A stretch of 64,000 nt of DNA from an uncultured Chloroflexia bacterium (GTDB lineage: Bacteria > Chloroflexota > Limnocylindria > Limnocylindrales > CSP1-4): assembly GCA_963778955.1 (NCBI GenBank), contig CAVZWI010000001.1, positions 480,697 through 544,696 of the forward strand, in the 5' to 3' direction. Numbering within the stretch: position 1 is the first letter of the stretch; each line of letters begins with the position of its first letter. Below, piece after piece: positions 1-11,120 of this stretch. The notes under the pieces were generated by a model that was not told where the DNA came from, ran no database searches, and was given only the letters and a program-made list of their open reading frames with translations. The translations under genes were made by a program, and so were the position numbers.

Positions 1-1336
1 TCGCCGCAGGAACGCCAACGCGGCTCCCTGCGCTCCCAGCAACGTCAGTTCGGCATCGCGAAACGCGGGACTGCGGTGCCGCAGCCCGATGGCATCGGCC
101 ACCCACGAGTAGGGTTCCTGTTCCCAGGCGACCGACTCGACGGGAAATGCCCGCCGGCAGGTCGGAATCGATGCTGCCGTCCATGCCGATCTCGTCGCCG
201 TAGTACACGCACGGCGCGCCGGGCAAGGTCATCTGCAACAGCGTGGCCAGCCGCAGTGAATCGATATCACCACCCATGATGGTCAGGGCGCGCGGCGTGT
301 CGTGGCTCCCCAGCAGGTTCAGCTGCACCGCTGTAACCGCCCGATCGTTCATCGACCGAAGCTCCTCGATGCGCGCCCACAAGGCAGCGCCGTCGAAGAC
401 CTGCAACTTGCCCTCGTACTCCGTCGGCACATGGATGCCGACATCGAGATGGTCTTGCGCCGCGAAGCCCATGAGACCCAGCGCCAGCGGATAGTTCATG
501 AAGGCGTCGAACATGTCGCCCTGGAGCCAGTCGGGCTTGTGGTGCCAGATCTCCGCCACCAGGTAGGCCTCGGGGTCGGCGGAACGGACCCTCAGCCGGA
601 ACTCGCGCCAGAAATCGGCCCCCACTTCTTCGGCCACGTCGAGGCGCCAGCCATCGATGCCGAAGCGGATCCAGTGCTCCGAGACATCGAGCATGAGCGC
701 TCGCAGGTGCGGCTCATCAAGGTTCAGCTTGGGTAGCGCCGGCAGGTCCCACCAGGCCTCGTAGCCGAGCACCGCGCGAGAAGCCGCGCCGTAGGCCGCT
801 CCGGCCGCCCGCAGCTCGGCGATCTCCGCCATCTGGCCAGACGTGGGATAGGGACTGATGCCGCGCGATCCGTCACGTACGTCATCGGCCAGGTAGAACC
901 AGTCGCGGTAGGGTGAGCTGACGCCGTTCTCCGCGACATGGTGGAAGGGCCACCAGCCACGGCCGCAGTGGTTGAAAACACCATCGAGCACCACCCGCAT
1001 GTCGCGCGCATGCGCCTCGTCGAGCAGCTCGCGCAGCGCGTCGTTGCCGCCCAGCAACGGGTCGACCGCATAGTAGTCATCGGTGTGATAGCGATGGTTG
1101 GATGCCGACGCGAACACCGGGTTGAGGTAGAGCGCGGTGATGCCGAGTCGCTTCAGGCGGTCGAGGTGCGCCACGACGCCGTACAGGTCACCGCCCTTGA
1201 AGCCGTCCGTCGTGGGTTCGGCGTCCCATGGCTGCAGTTCGCCGGGGGCGACCACTCGGCCGCTGCGGGCAAGGCGGTCGGGAAGGACCTGGTAGAAGAC
1301 GGCGTCTCGCACCCAGGCTGGGGTTTCGATGCTCAT
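1..1336 (-). CDS. GH13 alpha-glycosidase (neopullulanase/cyclomaltodextrinase-like), truncated at window edge, apparent frameshift near 162
   Basis: Manual translation from ATG 1336: MSIETPAWVRDAVFYQVLPDR...FKGGDLYGV...LYLNPVFASASNHRYHTDDYY...VVLDGVFNHCG...IDGWRLDVAEE...LVAEIW...NLLGSHDT...PGAPCVYYGDEIGM; CRRAFP continues in a shifted frame. Confidence 0.92.
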   Translation of the reverse strand, partial: MSIETPAWVRDAVFYQVLPDRLARSGRVVAPGELQPWDAEPTTDGFKGGDLYGVVAHLDRLKRLGITALYLNPVFASASNHRYHTDDYYAVDPLLGGNDALRELLDEAHARDMRVVLDGVFNHCGRGWWPFHHVAENGVSSPYRDWFYLADDVRDGSRGISPYPTSGQMAEIAELRAAGAAYGAASRAVLGYEAWWDLPALPKLNLDEPHLRALMLDVSEHWIRFGIDGWRLDVAEEVGADFWREFRLRVRSADPEAYLVAEIWHHKPDWLQGDMFDAFMNYPLALGLMGFAAQDHLDVGIHVPTEYEGKLQVFDGAALWARIEELRSMNDRAVTAVQLNLLGSHDTPRALTIMGGDIDSLRLATLLQMTLPGAPCVYYGDEIGMDGSIDSDLPAGISRRVGRLGTGTLLVGGRCHRAAAPQSRVSRCRTDVAGSAGSRVGVPAA

Positions 1337-1396
1337 GGGGCGCAGGATATCCGGTGCCGGGCCGCCTGCCATCGTGAGCGTGGGACAATCGTGGCC

Positions 1397-1771
1397 ATGT
1401 GGCAGACAGTTCGCGCGATGCCGCCCGGGGTGCTGGTCTTCCTCGGCTATGCGTTCCTGGTGCTCTCGGTGTTGGGTTTGTCCATGCGCATCGTCATCGA
1501 CCTGGCTGTGGAGGCGCCGATCAGCTTCATCGGCCTCGTCTGGATGCTGCTGCTGGCCTACCTCATCTTCACCATGACGCTGGTGCTCCAGAAGAAGCAG
1601 GCGGCCTACATGCTCTCGATGGGACTGACCTCGCTCCTGCTGCCGCTGGCGGCGATCGCGCTGTTCGCGCCCGGCGGCTTCGTCCTGTCGATCGCTGCGG
1701 TGCTGCTCTTCATCGTGATCGTGTGGTCGCTTCGACGGCCGCGCAGTCGCGAGTGGTTCTGCGAACCGTAG
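1397..1771 (+). CDS. small integral membrane protein (about 4 TM helices), unknown function
   Basis: 3' part of ORF 938..1771 from MWQTVRAMPPG; four hydrophobic segments and a basic tail; divergent from the GH13 gene. Confidence 0.75.
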   Translation: MWQTVRAMPPGVLVFLGYAFLVLSVLGLSMRIVIDLAVEAPISFIGLVWMLLLAYLIFTMTLVLQKKQAAYMLSMGLTSLLLPLAAIALFAPGGFVLSIAAVLLFIVIVWSLRRPRSREWFCEP

Positions 1772-1780
1772 AGGACAAGC

Positions 1781-2752
1781 TCAACCGGTCGGATCGGGCA
1801 CGTGCGCCAGGCGGACCACGGAGTTCCACAACTGGCGGCGATCGGCGGCTGAGAGACGTGTGACCGGGGCTCGGTCGAACGGACGCGGCCGGCGGTCCAG
1901 GTAGAGGTTGCCGTCGCCACGCTGCGGTGTCCGGTCGGTGGCCATCCAGACCGTCGTATCGACCGCTTCCGCCGGCGTGCGCAGGAGCGGCCCCACCAAC
2001 TTGTAGAAGCTCGGCAGCGACTTGGCCAGCCCTGGCGTGTCGGCCCAGCCGGGGTGCATGGCGTTGAACCGCACCGGACCCCGGTAGCGCCGCGCCCATT
2101 CACGCGTCAACGCGGTGGAGGCCCGCTTGGCTCGCGCGTACGCCCGGGTACCGTCGTATTCGCCACGCTCGTACTGGAGGTCGTCGAGCGGCAGCGGCTG
2201 AGCGTACATCCCGCCCGAGACCACGCTGATGACGCGTCCATCGCCGCTCGTTTCGAGCAACGGCAGCAGGCCGGACGTCAGCACGAACGGCCCTACCACC
2301 ATGGTGGCGAACGTCATCTCCAAGCCATCGTCGGTCACCCTGCGCTCCTCGAAGATGGCGCCGGCGTTATCGACCAGGACGTCCAGTCGCGACTCACGCT
2401 CGCGGATCTCAACGATGGCGTCTCGCACCTTCGAGAGCGAGGACATGTCAGCCACCACGATGGGGAAGCGGTCTTCGCCGTGACGCGCGGTGAGCCCATC
2501 GCGAAGGCGTTCGAGCTTGTCGCGGCTGCGGCTGACCAGGACGACGCGCGCGCCCAGGTCGGCGATGGACTGGGCCGTGGCAAGGCCCAGGCCCGATGTC
2601 GGACCGGTGATGAGGACGGTCTTGCCGTCGAGGGCGCCGGGCGCCGGGTCGGACCAGCCGAAGAGGCGGCGGCGGATGTGGTAACCGGGGCGACTGAAGC
2701 TGCCGACGATACTCAGCTCAAGAGCAGCGTCGATGATGATCCGCTGATCCAT
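1781..2752 (-). CDS. short-chain dehydrogenase/reductase (DHRS12/retinol-DH-like)
   Basis: TGPTSGLG nucleotide-binding motif, DVLVDNAG, catalytic YARAK (YxxxK), MHPGWADT. Confidence 0.9.
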   Translation of the reverse strand: MDQRIIIDAALELSIVGSFSRPGYHIRRRLFGWSDPAPGALDGKTVLITGPTSGLGLATAQSIADLGARVVLVSRSRDKLERLRDGLTARHGEDRFPIVVADMSSLSKVRDAIVEIRERESRLDVLVDNAGAIFEERRVTDDGLEMTFATMVVGPFVLTSGLLPLLETSGDGRVISVVSGGMYAQPLPLDDLQYERGEYDGTRAYARAKRASTALTREWARRYRGPVRFNAMHPGWADTPGLAKSLPSFYKLVGPLLRTPAEAVDTTVWMATDRTPQRGDGNLYLDRRPRPFDRAPVTRLSAADRRQLWNSVVRLAHVPDPTG

Positions 2753-2756
2753 GCCG

Positions 2757-3219
2757 CTAGGCCTCCGGCGGGACCGCGATCTGAGACTGTGCGTCGAGTT
2801 CACGCTTCATCCCCGCCACGGCTCCCTTGGCGATGCGGTCGAAGGCCCGACCGAGCAGGGGTTGCAGCACGCCCAGCAGTCCGCGCAGCTTGATCTTCAG
2901 CCTGGTAGTCCACGCGCGTCCCGGCATCCATGTCGGCAAACGTGATGACATCTTCCGACCATACCCCGGAGCCTTCCCCGACGAGGACGAGGCGCGATGG
3001 CGCGTCCAACTCGGTGATGCGGTATTCCATGGGCACGGACCTGGGTCCCATCTTCACCTCCAGAGCGTAGCGCGCGCCCACCTCTGGGCGACCCTCCCCG
3101 ATGCGTTTCGACGAGACCGTATTGGGATCCCACTCGGCCTGCCGGCTCCAGTCGGCGACATAGGCGAAGGCCTGCTCGCGAGAGAGCGAGGTTTCGAGCG
3201 TTTCGATGAGCTTGGTCAT
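2757..3219 (-). CDS. SRPBCC/polyketide-cyclase family protein, frameshift near 2900
   Basis: ORF 2800..3219 (AFAYVADWSRQAEWDP...GTRVDYQAE) continues in ORF 2757..2951 (IKLRGLLGVLQPLLGRAFDRIAKGAVAGMKRELD). Confidence 0.8.
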
Positions 3220-3239
3220 GGTCGATCCTCAGTCGTGGC

Positions 3240-3288
3240 TTGCGTGGTATGTACAAACACTGTACCATCATTGTACAAGCAACAGACA
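3240..3288. promoter_or_regulatory. divergent promoter with four 11-bp-spaced CarH-type operator repeats
   Basis: TGTACA 3250, TGTACC 3261, TGTACA 3272, CAGACA 3283; + strand TTGCGT(3240)-N17-TACCAT(3263); - strand TACAAT at 3275-3270. Confidence 0.7.
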
Positions 3289-3337
3289 CTCGCGATGCGA
3301 ACTGCACGAACGACGCCAACCGGGGGAAGGAAAAGCC

Positions 3338-4663
3338 ATGGACATCGCCATCATCGGAGCCGGGGTCAGTGGCCTCTCGGCCGCCTACGCCCTGCGCGGA
3401 CAACATCGCATCCGCCTCTTCGAGCGCGACGCCGAGCCGGGTGGGCACGTCAAGACCGTGACCGTCCCGACCGAAGATGGGCCTGTGAACGTCGACACCG
3501 GCTTCATCGTCTACAACGAGCCCACCTACCCCCACCTGACCAGGCTGTTCGCAGAGCTGGGAATCGAGACGCAGTCCACGGAGATGTCACTGGGACACTC
3601 CTGTGAGGCCTGCGGCCTGGAGTTCGGCTCACGTGGTGCGGCCAGCATGTTCGCGCAGCCAGGTTCACTGGCGCGGCCGTCGCACTGGCGCATGATCAAC
3701 GATATCCGGCGCTTCTACAGCGTTGCGCGGCGACGACTCGATGACGATACCTGGACCCGCGAGACGCTGGCGGTGTTCCTCGACAAGGGCGACTACGGCA
3801 ACGCTTTCCGCAGCCACTTCCTGGTCCCGGTGGTGTCGGCGGTATGGTCCACGTCAGCCTCGGAGATCATGGACTTCCCCATCGACTACCTGCTGCGCTT
3901 CCTGGACAACCACGGCCTCATCGGCTTCGGTAAGGGCAAGCCCTGGCGGACGGTGGTGGGTGGCTCGATGACGTACGTCGATCGCATCATGGAGCGACTC
4001 CCTGCCAATTCGCTCGTCGCCGGCGATCCCGTCACCGCCATCCATCGCGACGGCGATGGCGTGACCGTCACCACGCTGTCAGGGCGGATCGAGCGCTTCG
4101 ATGCGGTCATCATGGCCACGCATGCCGATGTCGCGCTCAGGCTCCTCAACGACGCTGACGCCGCCGAGCGAGACGCGCTGGGCCTGTTCGAATACACCAC
4201 CAACGAGGTCGTGCTCCATACCGATGCGTCAGTACTGCCCGGGCGCGCCGGCGCGCGGGGTTCATGGAATGTCGCCACCGTCGACTGTCGCCGCCCAGCT
4301 GACCAGCTGGTGATGACATACTGGATGAACCGTCTGCAACGGCTGGACAGCCAGCACGCATACTGCACGTCAGTCAACCCCGGCGTGAGCATCCCCGACG
4401 AGAAGGTCATCGTTTCACGGCCGATGTCGCATCCCAAGTACACCTTCGACACGCTCGACGGCCAGGAGGCGCTCGGGCGGACTGCAGGGCCACCGTCGGA
4501 CTTCTACGCCGGTGCGCATCTGGGCTACGGGTTCCACGAGGACGGCTGCCGCTCTGGCATCAGGCGGCCGAGATGATCGCCATGCTTGAACCGGCAACGC
4601 GCGTCGGCCGTGGCGCGTCCTGCCCTGGTCGAGGAGCCAGTGCTGGCAGGGGCCGCCGCATGA
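3338..4663 (+). CDS. FAD-dependent oxidoreductase, COG2907/UfaD-like; indels near the 3' end, end approximate
   Basis: MDIAIIGAGVSGLSAA Rossmann motif, FERDAEPGGHVKT, VDTGFIVYNEPTYP, YAGAHLGYGFHEDG; followed by DUF1365 and a cfa-like gene. Confidence 0.85.
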
Positions 4664-5402
4664 GGTCGCACCTTCTCGTGGGAAAGGTCCGCCATCGACG
4701 AAGTCAGCCGATGGTGTACGAGCTTGAGCATGATGTCTTCTACCTGGCGTTGGACCTCGCCGAACTCGACGACATGGCGACCCGTCTCCGACTCTTCAGC
4801 CGCAATCGATTCAACGCGCTCACGATGCGCGACCGGGACCACTGGCTCCCGGCGGCAACGGACCTGCGCGCGTCGGTTCTCGGACATCTTCGGGACGAGG
4901 GCTTCGACCCCGAGGGTTGGCGTATCACGTTCATCGCCACGCCGCGGGTACTGGGCTACCAGTTCAACCCCGCCAGCTTCTACCTCTGCCGCGACTGATC
5001 GGGCGCCATGCGCGTCGTCATCGTGGAGGTGCACAACACCCATGGCGAGCGGCGGCTTGTACACGCTGCGACCGCAACGGCAGGGCAAGGGCTGGATCGA
5101 TGAGATGGACAAGGACTTCTACGTCTCGCCCTTCATCGACATGGAGGCGCACTACACCGTTCGCGTGCAGGATGACCCCGGTCGCATCCGCATCGCCATC
5201 ACCGAGACCGAGCGGGGCGAGCCACTCCTGTCGGCGACCCTGGTGGCCGACCGAAGGCGGCTGACCGACCGCTCCCTACTGCGCGACGCTGTTGCATGTT
5301 CCGCTGGCCACCCAGAAGACCATCGTGGCCATCCACCTGCACGCCTGGCGCATGTGGCGCCGCGGAATTCGCCTTCCGACGACACTCCAGGTGACCCAGT
5401 GA
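4660..5402 (+). CDS. DUF1365 family protein (UfaO-like); in-frame TGA at 4996-4998 plus frameshifts
   Basis: GKVRHRR, PRVLGYQFNPASFYLC, IVEVHNTHGER, KDFYVSPF, IHLHAWRMWRRG found across frames; ATGA/GTGA overlaps with neighbours. Confidence 0.85.
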
Positions 5403-6653
5403 CCACTCCCACGCTGGCCGAGCGGCTGGCCGCCCCGTTCGATCCCTCCTGATCCAGGCTGCGGGTCGCATCGCACTCTCGGCGGTCTCACGCATCAAGG
5501 TCGGCCGCCTGACCGTGCAGCTGCCTGACGGCTCGCAGCGTGTCTTCGGTGACCGCGACTCGGATCTTCGCGGCGAGCTTCGTATCCATGACCAGGAAGC
5601 GCTGAAGCGATTGCTGCTCGGCGGTGAGGTCGGCGGTGGCGAGGCCTACATGGATGGCCTTTGGTCCAGCCCTGACCTCGTCGGACTCATCTCGTTGGCC
5701 GTCGCCAACCGCCACGCGCTTTCGCTATCAAAGGGTTGGTGGCGCATCCCGGCCAAGCTCAGCCGCACGGTGGCACACCGGCGCAACCGCAATACCGAAG
5801 TCGGGCTCGCGGCGCAACATCACCGCGCACTACGACCTGGGCAACGACTTCTACCGCCTTTGGCTCGATGAGACGATGACCTACTCCAGCGCGCTCTTCG
5901 AGATCGCCCGGGCAGTCGCTCGCCGATGCCCAGCGCGCCAAGTACCGCAGCATGGCCGAGCGTGCCGGGGTGGTGGCCGGTCAGCACGTGCTGGAGGTCG
6001 GCACCGGTTGGGGCGGCTTTGCGCTCTACGCCGCCGGGGAGCTGGGGGCACGGGTCACCACCGTCACTATCTCACGAGCCCAGCACGACCTCGCCCGTGA
6101 ACGCGTCGCGGAGGCCGGTCTTGATGGCCTCGTCAACGTCGAGCTGCGCGACTACCGCGACATCAGCGGCCAGTACGACGCCATGGTGTCGATCGAGATG
6201 CTCGAAGCCGTCGGCTCCGAGTACTACGGTGCATACTTTGCTGCCGTGTCGAATGCCCTGAAGCCCGGTGGCAAGGCCGCCATCCAGGTGATCACCTTCC
6301 CCAACGACGCCTACGAGGCCCAGCTTCGCGGCGCCAACTGGATCCAGCGCTACATCTTCCCCGGCGGCGTGTTGCCATCCCTGGCGGCCATCGAGTCGTC
6401 GCTAGAGAGCACTGGCCTGCTACTCACGAACGTGCACGACATCCGTGACAGCTACGCACGCACGTTGCGGACCTGGCGCGAGCGCTTCTTCGAGCGCATC
6501 GACGACGTGCGCGCGATGGGCTTCGACGAACGCTTCATCCGCACCTGGGACTACTACCTGTCGATCAGCGAGGCCGGCTTCCTGACCGGCCTTACACAGG
6601 ACCTGCAGATCACTCTCGAGAAGAGCCGCGGGCGGATCAGGGGGCCGGGCTGA
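5399..6653 (+). CDS. cfa: cyclopropane-fatty-acyl-phospholipid synthase family SAM methyltransferase (UfaM/Cfa-like), several frameshifts
   Basis: GGGEAYMDGLW, NITAHYDLGNDFYRLWLDETMTYSSA, VLEVGTGWGG, SIEMLEAVG, WIQRYIFPGG, WDYYLSISEAGF. Confidence 0.88.
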
Positions 6654-6660
6654 GACACCG

Positions 6661-8125
6661 ATGCGCATCCTGATCGTCGGGGCCAGCGGCTACGTCGGTG
6701 GGCGGCTGGTCGCATTGCTCGCCGAACGCGGCCACCGACTGCGACTGGCCAGCCGCGACCCACGCGGGCTCTCCGCGCGCTTTCCCGATGCCGAGGTCGT
6801 CCGAGTCGACCTGCTCGATCCAACGACGCTGCCGCCTGCGCTCAAGGACGTCGACACCGCCTACTACCTGGCGCACTCCATGGCCGGCGGCGAACGGGGA
6901 TTCGAGCTGCGGGACCTTCGTGCCGCCCGCTCCTTCGCCCGAAGCGCTCGCGAGGCAGGTGTCGGGCACATCATCTACCTCGGTGGCCTGGGTGATCCGG
7001 CGAGCGGATTGTCGGCCCACCTTTCGAGCCGCCAGGAGGTCGGGGCCGAACTCGCGTCCCACGGCGTCCCCGTCACCGAGTTCCGGGCCGCCGTGATCAT
7101 CGGCTCCGGCAGTGCCTCGTTCGAACTGCTGCGGAGCCTGGTCGAGCATCTCCCGGTGATGATCACGCCCGCGCTGGGTGCGTACGCTGTGCCAGCCCAT
7201 CGGCATCCGCGATGTGCTCGACTACCTCGTCGCCGCATCCGATCGCCCGGACGACGCGGGCATCGTCGAGATCGGCGGGCCTGACGTGCTCTCCTACGCG
7301 GAGATGATGCGCACCTACGCACGATTGCGTGGCATGCGGCGGCTGATGATCCCGGTCCCGGTGCTGACCCCCAGGCTGAGTTCCTATTGGTGCAGCCTGG
7401 TCACGCCCATCCCCTCCGGTATCGCCCGACCCCTGATCGAGGGCCTGCGCAACGAGGTGGTCGTGCGCGATCCTGGGCCAGGACGCGCTTATGGGATCGA
7501 ACCGACGCCCTTCGAGACTGCGGTGCAACGAGCCATCGAGCGCCGTGATCGCCATGCCGTCGAGACGACCTGGTTCGACTCGCTGGGCTTGCCCGGCCGC
7601 AAGGACCTCTCGCAGGACGAGAGCCGGGAAGGCATGCTGCTGGACCGACAGCGACGCCGTGTGCAGGCTCCGGCACCCGTGACCTTCGCGCAGGTGGAGC
7701 GTCTCGGCGGCACCGCCGGCTGGCCCTTCGGCAACTGGATGTGGCGCGTCCGAGGGATGATGGACCGAGCCGTCGGCGGTCCCGGCATGCGACTCGGGCG
7801 GCGGATCCGAGCCACGTCCGCGTCGGCGATGCGGTCGACTTCTGGCGGGTCGAGGAGATCCGGCCGAACGAGCTACTGCGGCTGCGCGCCGAGATGCGAG
7901 TGCCGGGCCGAGCCTGGTTGCAGTACGAGGTCATCGACGATCGCGCCGGCAGCCGGCTGGTACAAACGGCCTTCTTCGAGCCCAAGGGCCTGAGCGGTCG
8001 ACTCTACTGGTATCTGCTGCTGCCGGCACACCTGTTCATCTTCCGCGGATCGAATCCGGGAACTCGTGCGGCGAGCCGAACAAGCCGCGGCCGGCCCCGA
8101 CGACATCGAGGCCACGAGCGCCTGA
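6661..8125 (+). CDS. atypical SDR/NAD(P)H-binding protein with C-terminal DUF2867 (YbjT-like), frameshifts near 7175, 7805 and 8050
   Basis: ILIVGASGYVGG, YYLAHSM, HLSSRQEV, GSGSASFE, QPIGIRDV, VGDAVDFWRVE, LRAEMRVPGRAWL, FEPKGLSGRLYWY. Confidence 0.85.
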
Positions 8126-8137
8126 CGGTCTCAAGTC

Positions 8138-9548
8138 TCAGTCGCGTCCACTGGCCGACTTGAACGCGGCCAGGGCACGATCGCGGGCGGCGGCGAGGTC
8201 CACGATGGGCGACGGATAGCCCTGTGGGGGCGCGGGTGCCTCCCAAGGTGCGTGCACGTGACGGTCGGCGACGCCTGCCAGCTCCGGGAGCCACTGTCTG
8301 ACCCAGGCACCGTCGCGATCGAAGCGCAGACCCTGGCGCACCGGGTTGAAGATCCGGAACCATGGCTGTGGATCGGCGCCCACACCCGCCGTCCATCGCC
8401 AGCCACCTCGATTGTTGGCCACGTCCCCATCGATGAGGTGACGCATGAAGTGGCGCTCCCCGATGCGGTAGTCCATCAGGAGGTGGCGCGTCAGGAACGA
8501 CGCCGCCACCAGGCGTGCCCGATTGCTCAGCCAGCCGGTGGATGCAAGTTGGCGCATCCCGGCATCGACGACGGGGATGCCCGTCCTGCCCTCGCGCCAG
8601 GCTGTCACCGCCTCGGGGTCTGCGTCCTCGCCGCGGAAGGCGGACAGCAGCGGGTCCCAGAGCGGCCCGTCGCCGGCGCGTCGATGGAAGAGCAGGTGGT
8701 GGTAGAACTCGCGCCAGGCCAATTGACGCACGAAGGGGGTGGCATCGACGCCGGCGTCAAGTGCGGCTGACTCGACCTGGAGTGGTGAGAGCGTGCCCAG
8801 GTGGAGGTCGACGCCCAGCCGTGACGTGCCTTCACCGGTGAGGACATCGCGATCGCTGCCATAGTCGGCCAGTCCGCCGGCCACCCACGATGAGAGTCGG
8901 GCGCGTGCCGCTGCCTCACCGGGCCGCGGCAGAGTCCTTCAGCGGCTGATCGAGTTCAGCCAGTTCGTTGATGGGCGCCCGATCGGCGACCAAAGCGGCG
9001 GGTGTCGGGACTCGGTCGGGTGCTGCCAGCACGAAGCGCCGTGGTGCTGCCTGGGTCGCTCGCCAGAACGGCGTGAAGACCGAGTATGGCGCGCCGGCGC
9101 CGGTCAGCACGCACTCGGGCTCCGCCAGCAGCAGGCCCGGCCGCAGCGCCAGGCGCCGGCCATCAGGCTCCAGCGCCGCTGCCACCGCAGCGTCACGCCG
9201 ATGGCTGAGCGGTGTCACGTCACGCGATGCCAGCACCACCTGTGCGCCCACTTCGGCTGCGACCTGCGGCACCACGTCTTCCGGCCGACCGCGACGTACC
9301 AGCAGACCGCTGCCACGCGCCCGCAATCCAGCGTCCAACTCAGCCAGGGATCCGCGCAGGAACCAGCTGCGAGCGGGCGCGGCGGAACCGAGCAGCCGGT
9401 CGTCGAGGACGAAGAGCGGGACCACACTCCGTGCGCGAGCGACGGCCTCGGACAGCGCGGGATGGTCGTCCAGCCGGAGGTCGCGGCGGAACCAGACGAC
9501 GGCGGTCGTCCAGTCCGGCGCGGCTAGAGGGATGTTGACGGCGCTCAT
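8138..9548 (-). CDS. phrB: deoxyribodipyrimidine photolyase, frameshift near 8920
   Basis: VVWFRRDLRLDDHPAL, PYSVFTPFWR, QLAWREFY, GRTGIPVVDAGMRQL, NRARLVAASFL, DGDVANNRGGWRW, FRIFNPVRQG. Confidence 0.92.
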
Positions 9549-9577
9549 CCAGGAAACTCTCCTCTCGTCGCGTCGAG

Positions 9578-9641
9578 ATTGTACAACGTCTTGACATCCG
9601 CGCTCGTCGAGCCTACCATGACATTGTACAAAGCCTGTACA
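9578..9641. promoter_or_regulatory. divergent promoter with CarH-type 11-bp repeats
   Basis: TGTACA 9580 + TTGACA 9591 and TGTACA 9625 + TGTACA 9636; + strand TTGACA(9591)-N17-TACCAT(9614); - strand TACAAT at 9583-9578. Confidence 0.75.
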
Positions 9642-9657
9642 CACCAAGGACGACCCG

Positions 9658-11073
9658 ATGTCAGAACACATCCTCCGCAGTAGCCATATCGTTCCCGCTG
9701 ACTTGGAGCGCGTGTGGGACTTCTTCTCACGTGCCGAGAACCTCGGCCGCATCACGCCACGCTCGATGGGCTTCGAGATCCACACGCCAGAGCCCTCCGC
9801 TCTCCAGGGTTCGACGATCGACTACACCCTGCGGCCGCTCTTCGGCATCCCCACCAAGTGGCGCACGCTCATCGATGAGGTCGAGGCACCCCGCCGCTTC
9901 AGCGACGTCCAGGAGAAGGGGCCCTACAAGTCTTGGGTCCATGAGCATCGCTTCAGCACCGTCGAAGGCGGCGTGCGCATGGATGATCGAGTCACCTACG
10001 AGATGCCCTTCGGTCCCATCGGCGCGCTCGGGCATCGGCTGCTCGTGCGACGCCAACTGCAGCACGTGTTCGACTTCCGCTCCATCGCCATCGACGCCAT
10101 CTTCGAGCCTGCCGCCTACCGTATCGACGCCGTTCCCGGCACCATCGCCGTCGCCGGCGGTACCGGCTTCGTGGGCGGTGAGATCGCCCGCGAGCTGCGT
10201 CGTCGCGGCCGCCGCGTCGTGGTCTTGTCCTCGCGTGGCGAGCGCGCCCGCGGACAGTTGCCGGACGATATCGAGATCCGTAGCGCCGACGTGCGCGATC
10301 CTCAAAGCATCCGCGCCGCCATGGCGGGTGTCGACGAACTCGTCATCTCACTGGCCTTCCCCGGTCTACCGGTCGAGCAGCCCAGCAAGGGCTTCACGTT
10401 CATGGAGGTGGACGCAGGCGGTGCGGAACACCTCATCGACGCTGGAAAAGCGACCGGCGTGGGTCGTGTCGTCTACATCTCTGGCGCCGGCGCAGGCCAT
10501 GATGCCGAGCGACACTGGTTCCGCGCCAAGGCCGTGGCCGAGGATGCCGTGCGCGGCTCGGGCATGGCCTGGACGATCATCCGCCCCACCTGGGTCTTCG
10601 GCCCTGGTGACGTCTCATTGAACCGCTTCCTGGGCTTCGCCCGTGCGCTGCCCTTCGTGCCGATGACCAACTTCGGTAGCCAGCGCCTGGCACCCGTGTT
10701 CGTGCGCGACGTGGCTGCCCTGGCCGTCGATTCCCTGGTGTCCGATGCCGCCGCGGAGCAGACGTTCGAGATCGGTGGCCCAGAGGCGATGTCCATGCGC
10801 GAGGTGCTGCATCGAGCCATGGGCGTGGCTGGGCTGAGCAGGCCGTTGTTACCGGCACCCGCCGTCGTGGTCAAGGTCGCTGCCTGGCCCATGCGCTTCC
10901 TGCCCGACCCGCCGTTGAGCCCCGGCGCGGTCGACTTCATCAATCAGCCCGCGACAGTGGATGTCGGCCCATTGCTCGAACGCATGCCTCGAACACTCAC
11001 GTCCTTCGAGGAAGGCCTGTCCACCTACCTCGGCCCGGACCGCTCGACGGTCTCTATCGACGACGCCGGGTAG
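9658..11073 (+). CDS. SRPBCC domain fused to an NDUFA9-like NAD(P)-dependent epimerase/SDR
   Basis: N-terminal VWDFFSRAENLGRITP...QEKGPYKSWVHEHRF; C-terminal AVAGGTGFVGG...IRPTWVFGPGD. Confidence 0.85.
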   Translation: MSEHILRSSHIVPADLERVWDFFSRAENLGRITPRSMGFEIHTPEPSALQGSTIDYTLRPLFGIPTKWRTLIDEVEAPRRFSDVQEKGPYKSWVHEHRFSTVEGGVRMDDRVTYEMPFGPIGALGHRLLVRRQLQHVFDFRSIAIDAIFEPAAYRIDAVPGTIAVAGGTGFVGGEIARELRRRGRRVVVLSSRGERARGQLPDDIEIRSADVRDPQSIRAAMAGVDELVISLAFPGLPVEQPSKGFTFMEVDAGGAEHLIDAGKATGVGRVVYISGAGAGHDAERHWFRAKAVAEDAVRGSGMAWTIIRPTWVFGPGDVSLNRFLGFARALPFVPMTNFGSQRLAPVFVRDVAALAVDSLVSDAAAEQTFEIGGPEAMSMREVLHRAMGVAGLSRPLLPAPAVVVKVAAWPMRFLPDPPLSPGAVDFINQPATVDVGPLLERMPRTLTSFEEGLSTYLGPDRSTVSIDDAG

Positions 11074-11120
11074 GAGGACGTCCGGACCGTCCGCTGTTGC
11101 GAAGTGGTCGACGTCACGAC

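Noticed and set aside
4996-4998. In-frame TGA in DUF1365 as selenocysteine or programmed readthrough
   Set aside because: It falls at a non-catalytic-looking loop position, no SECIS-like hairpin is evident, and the surrounding region is error-rich.
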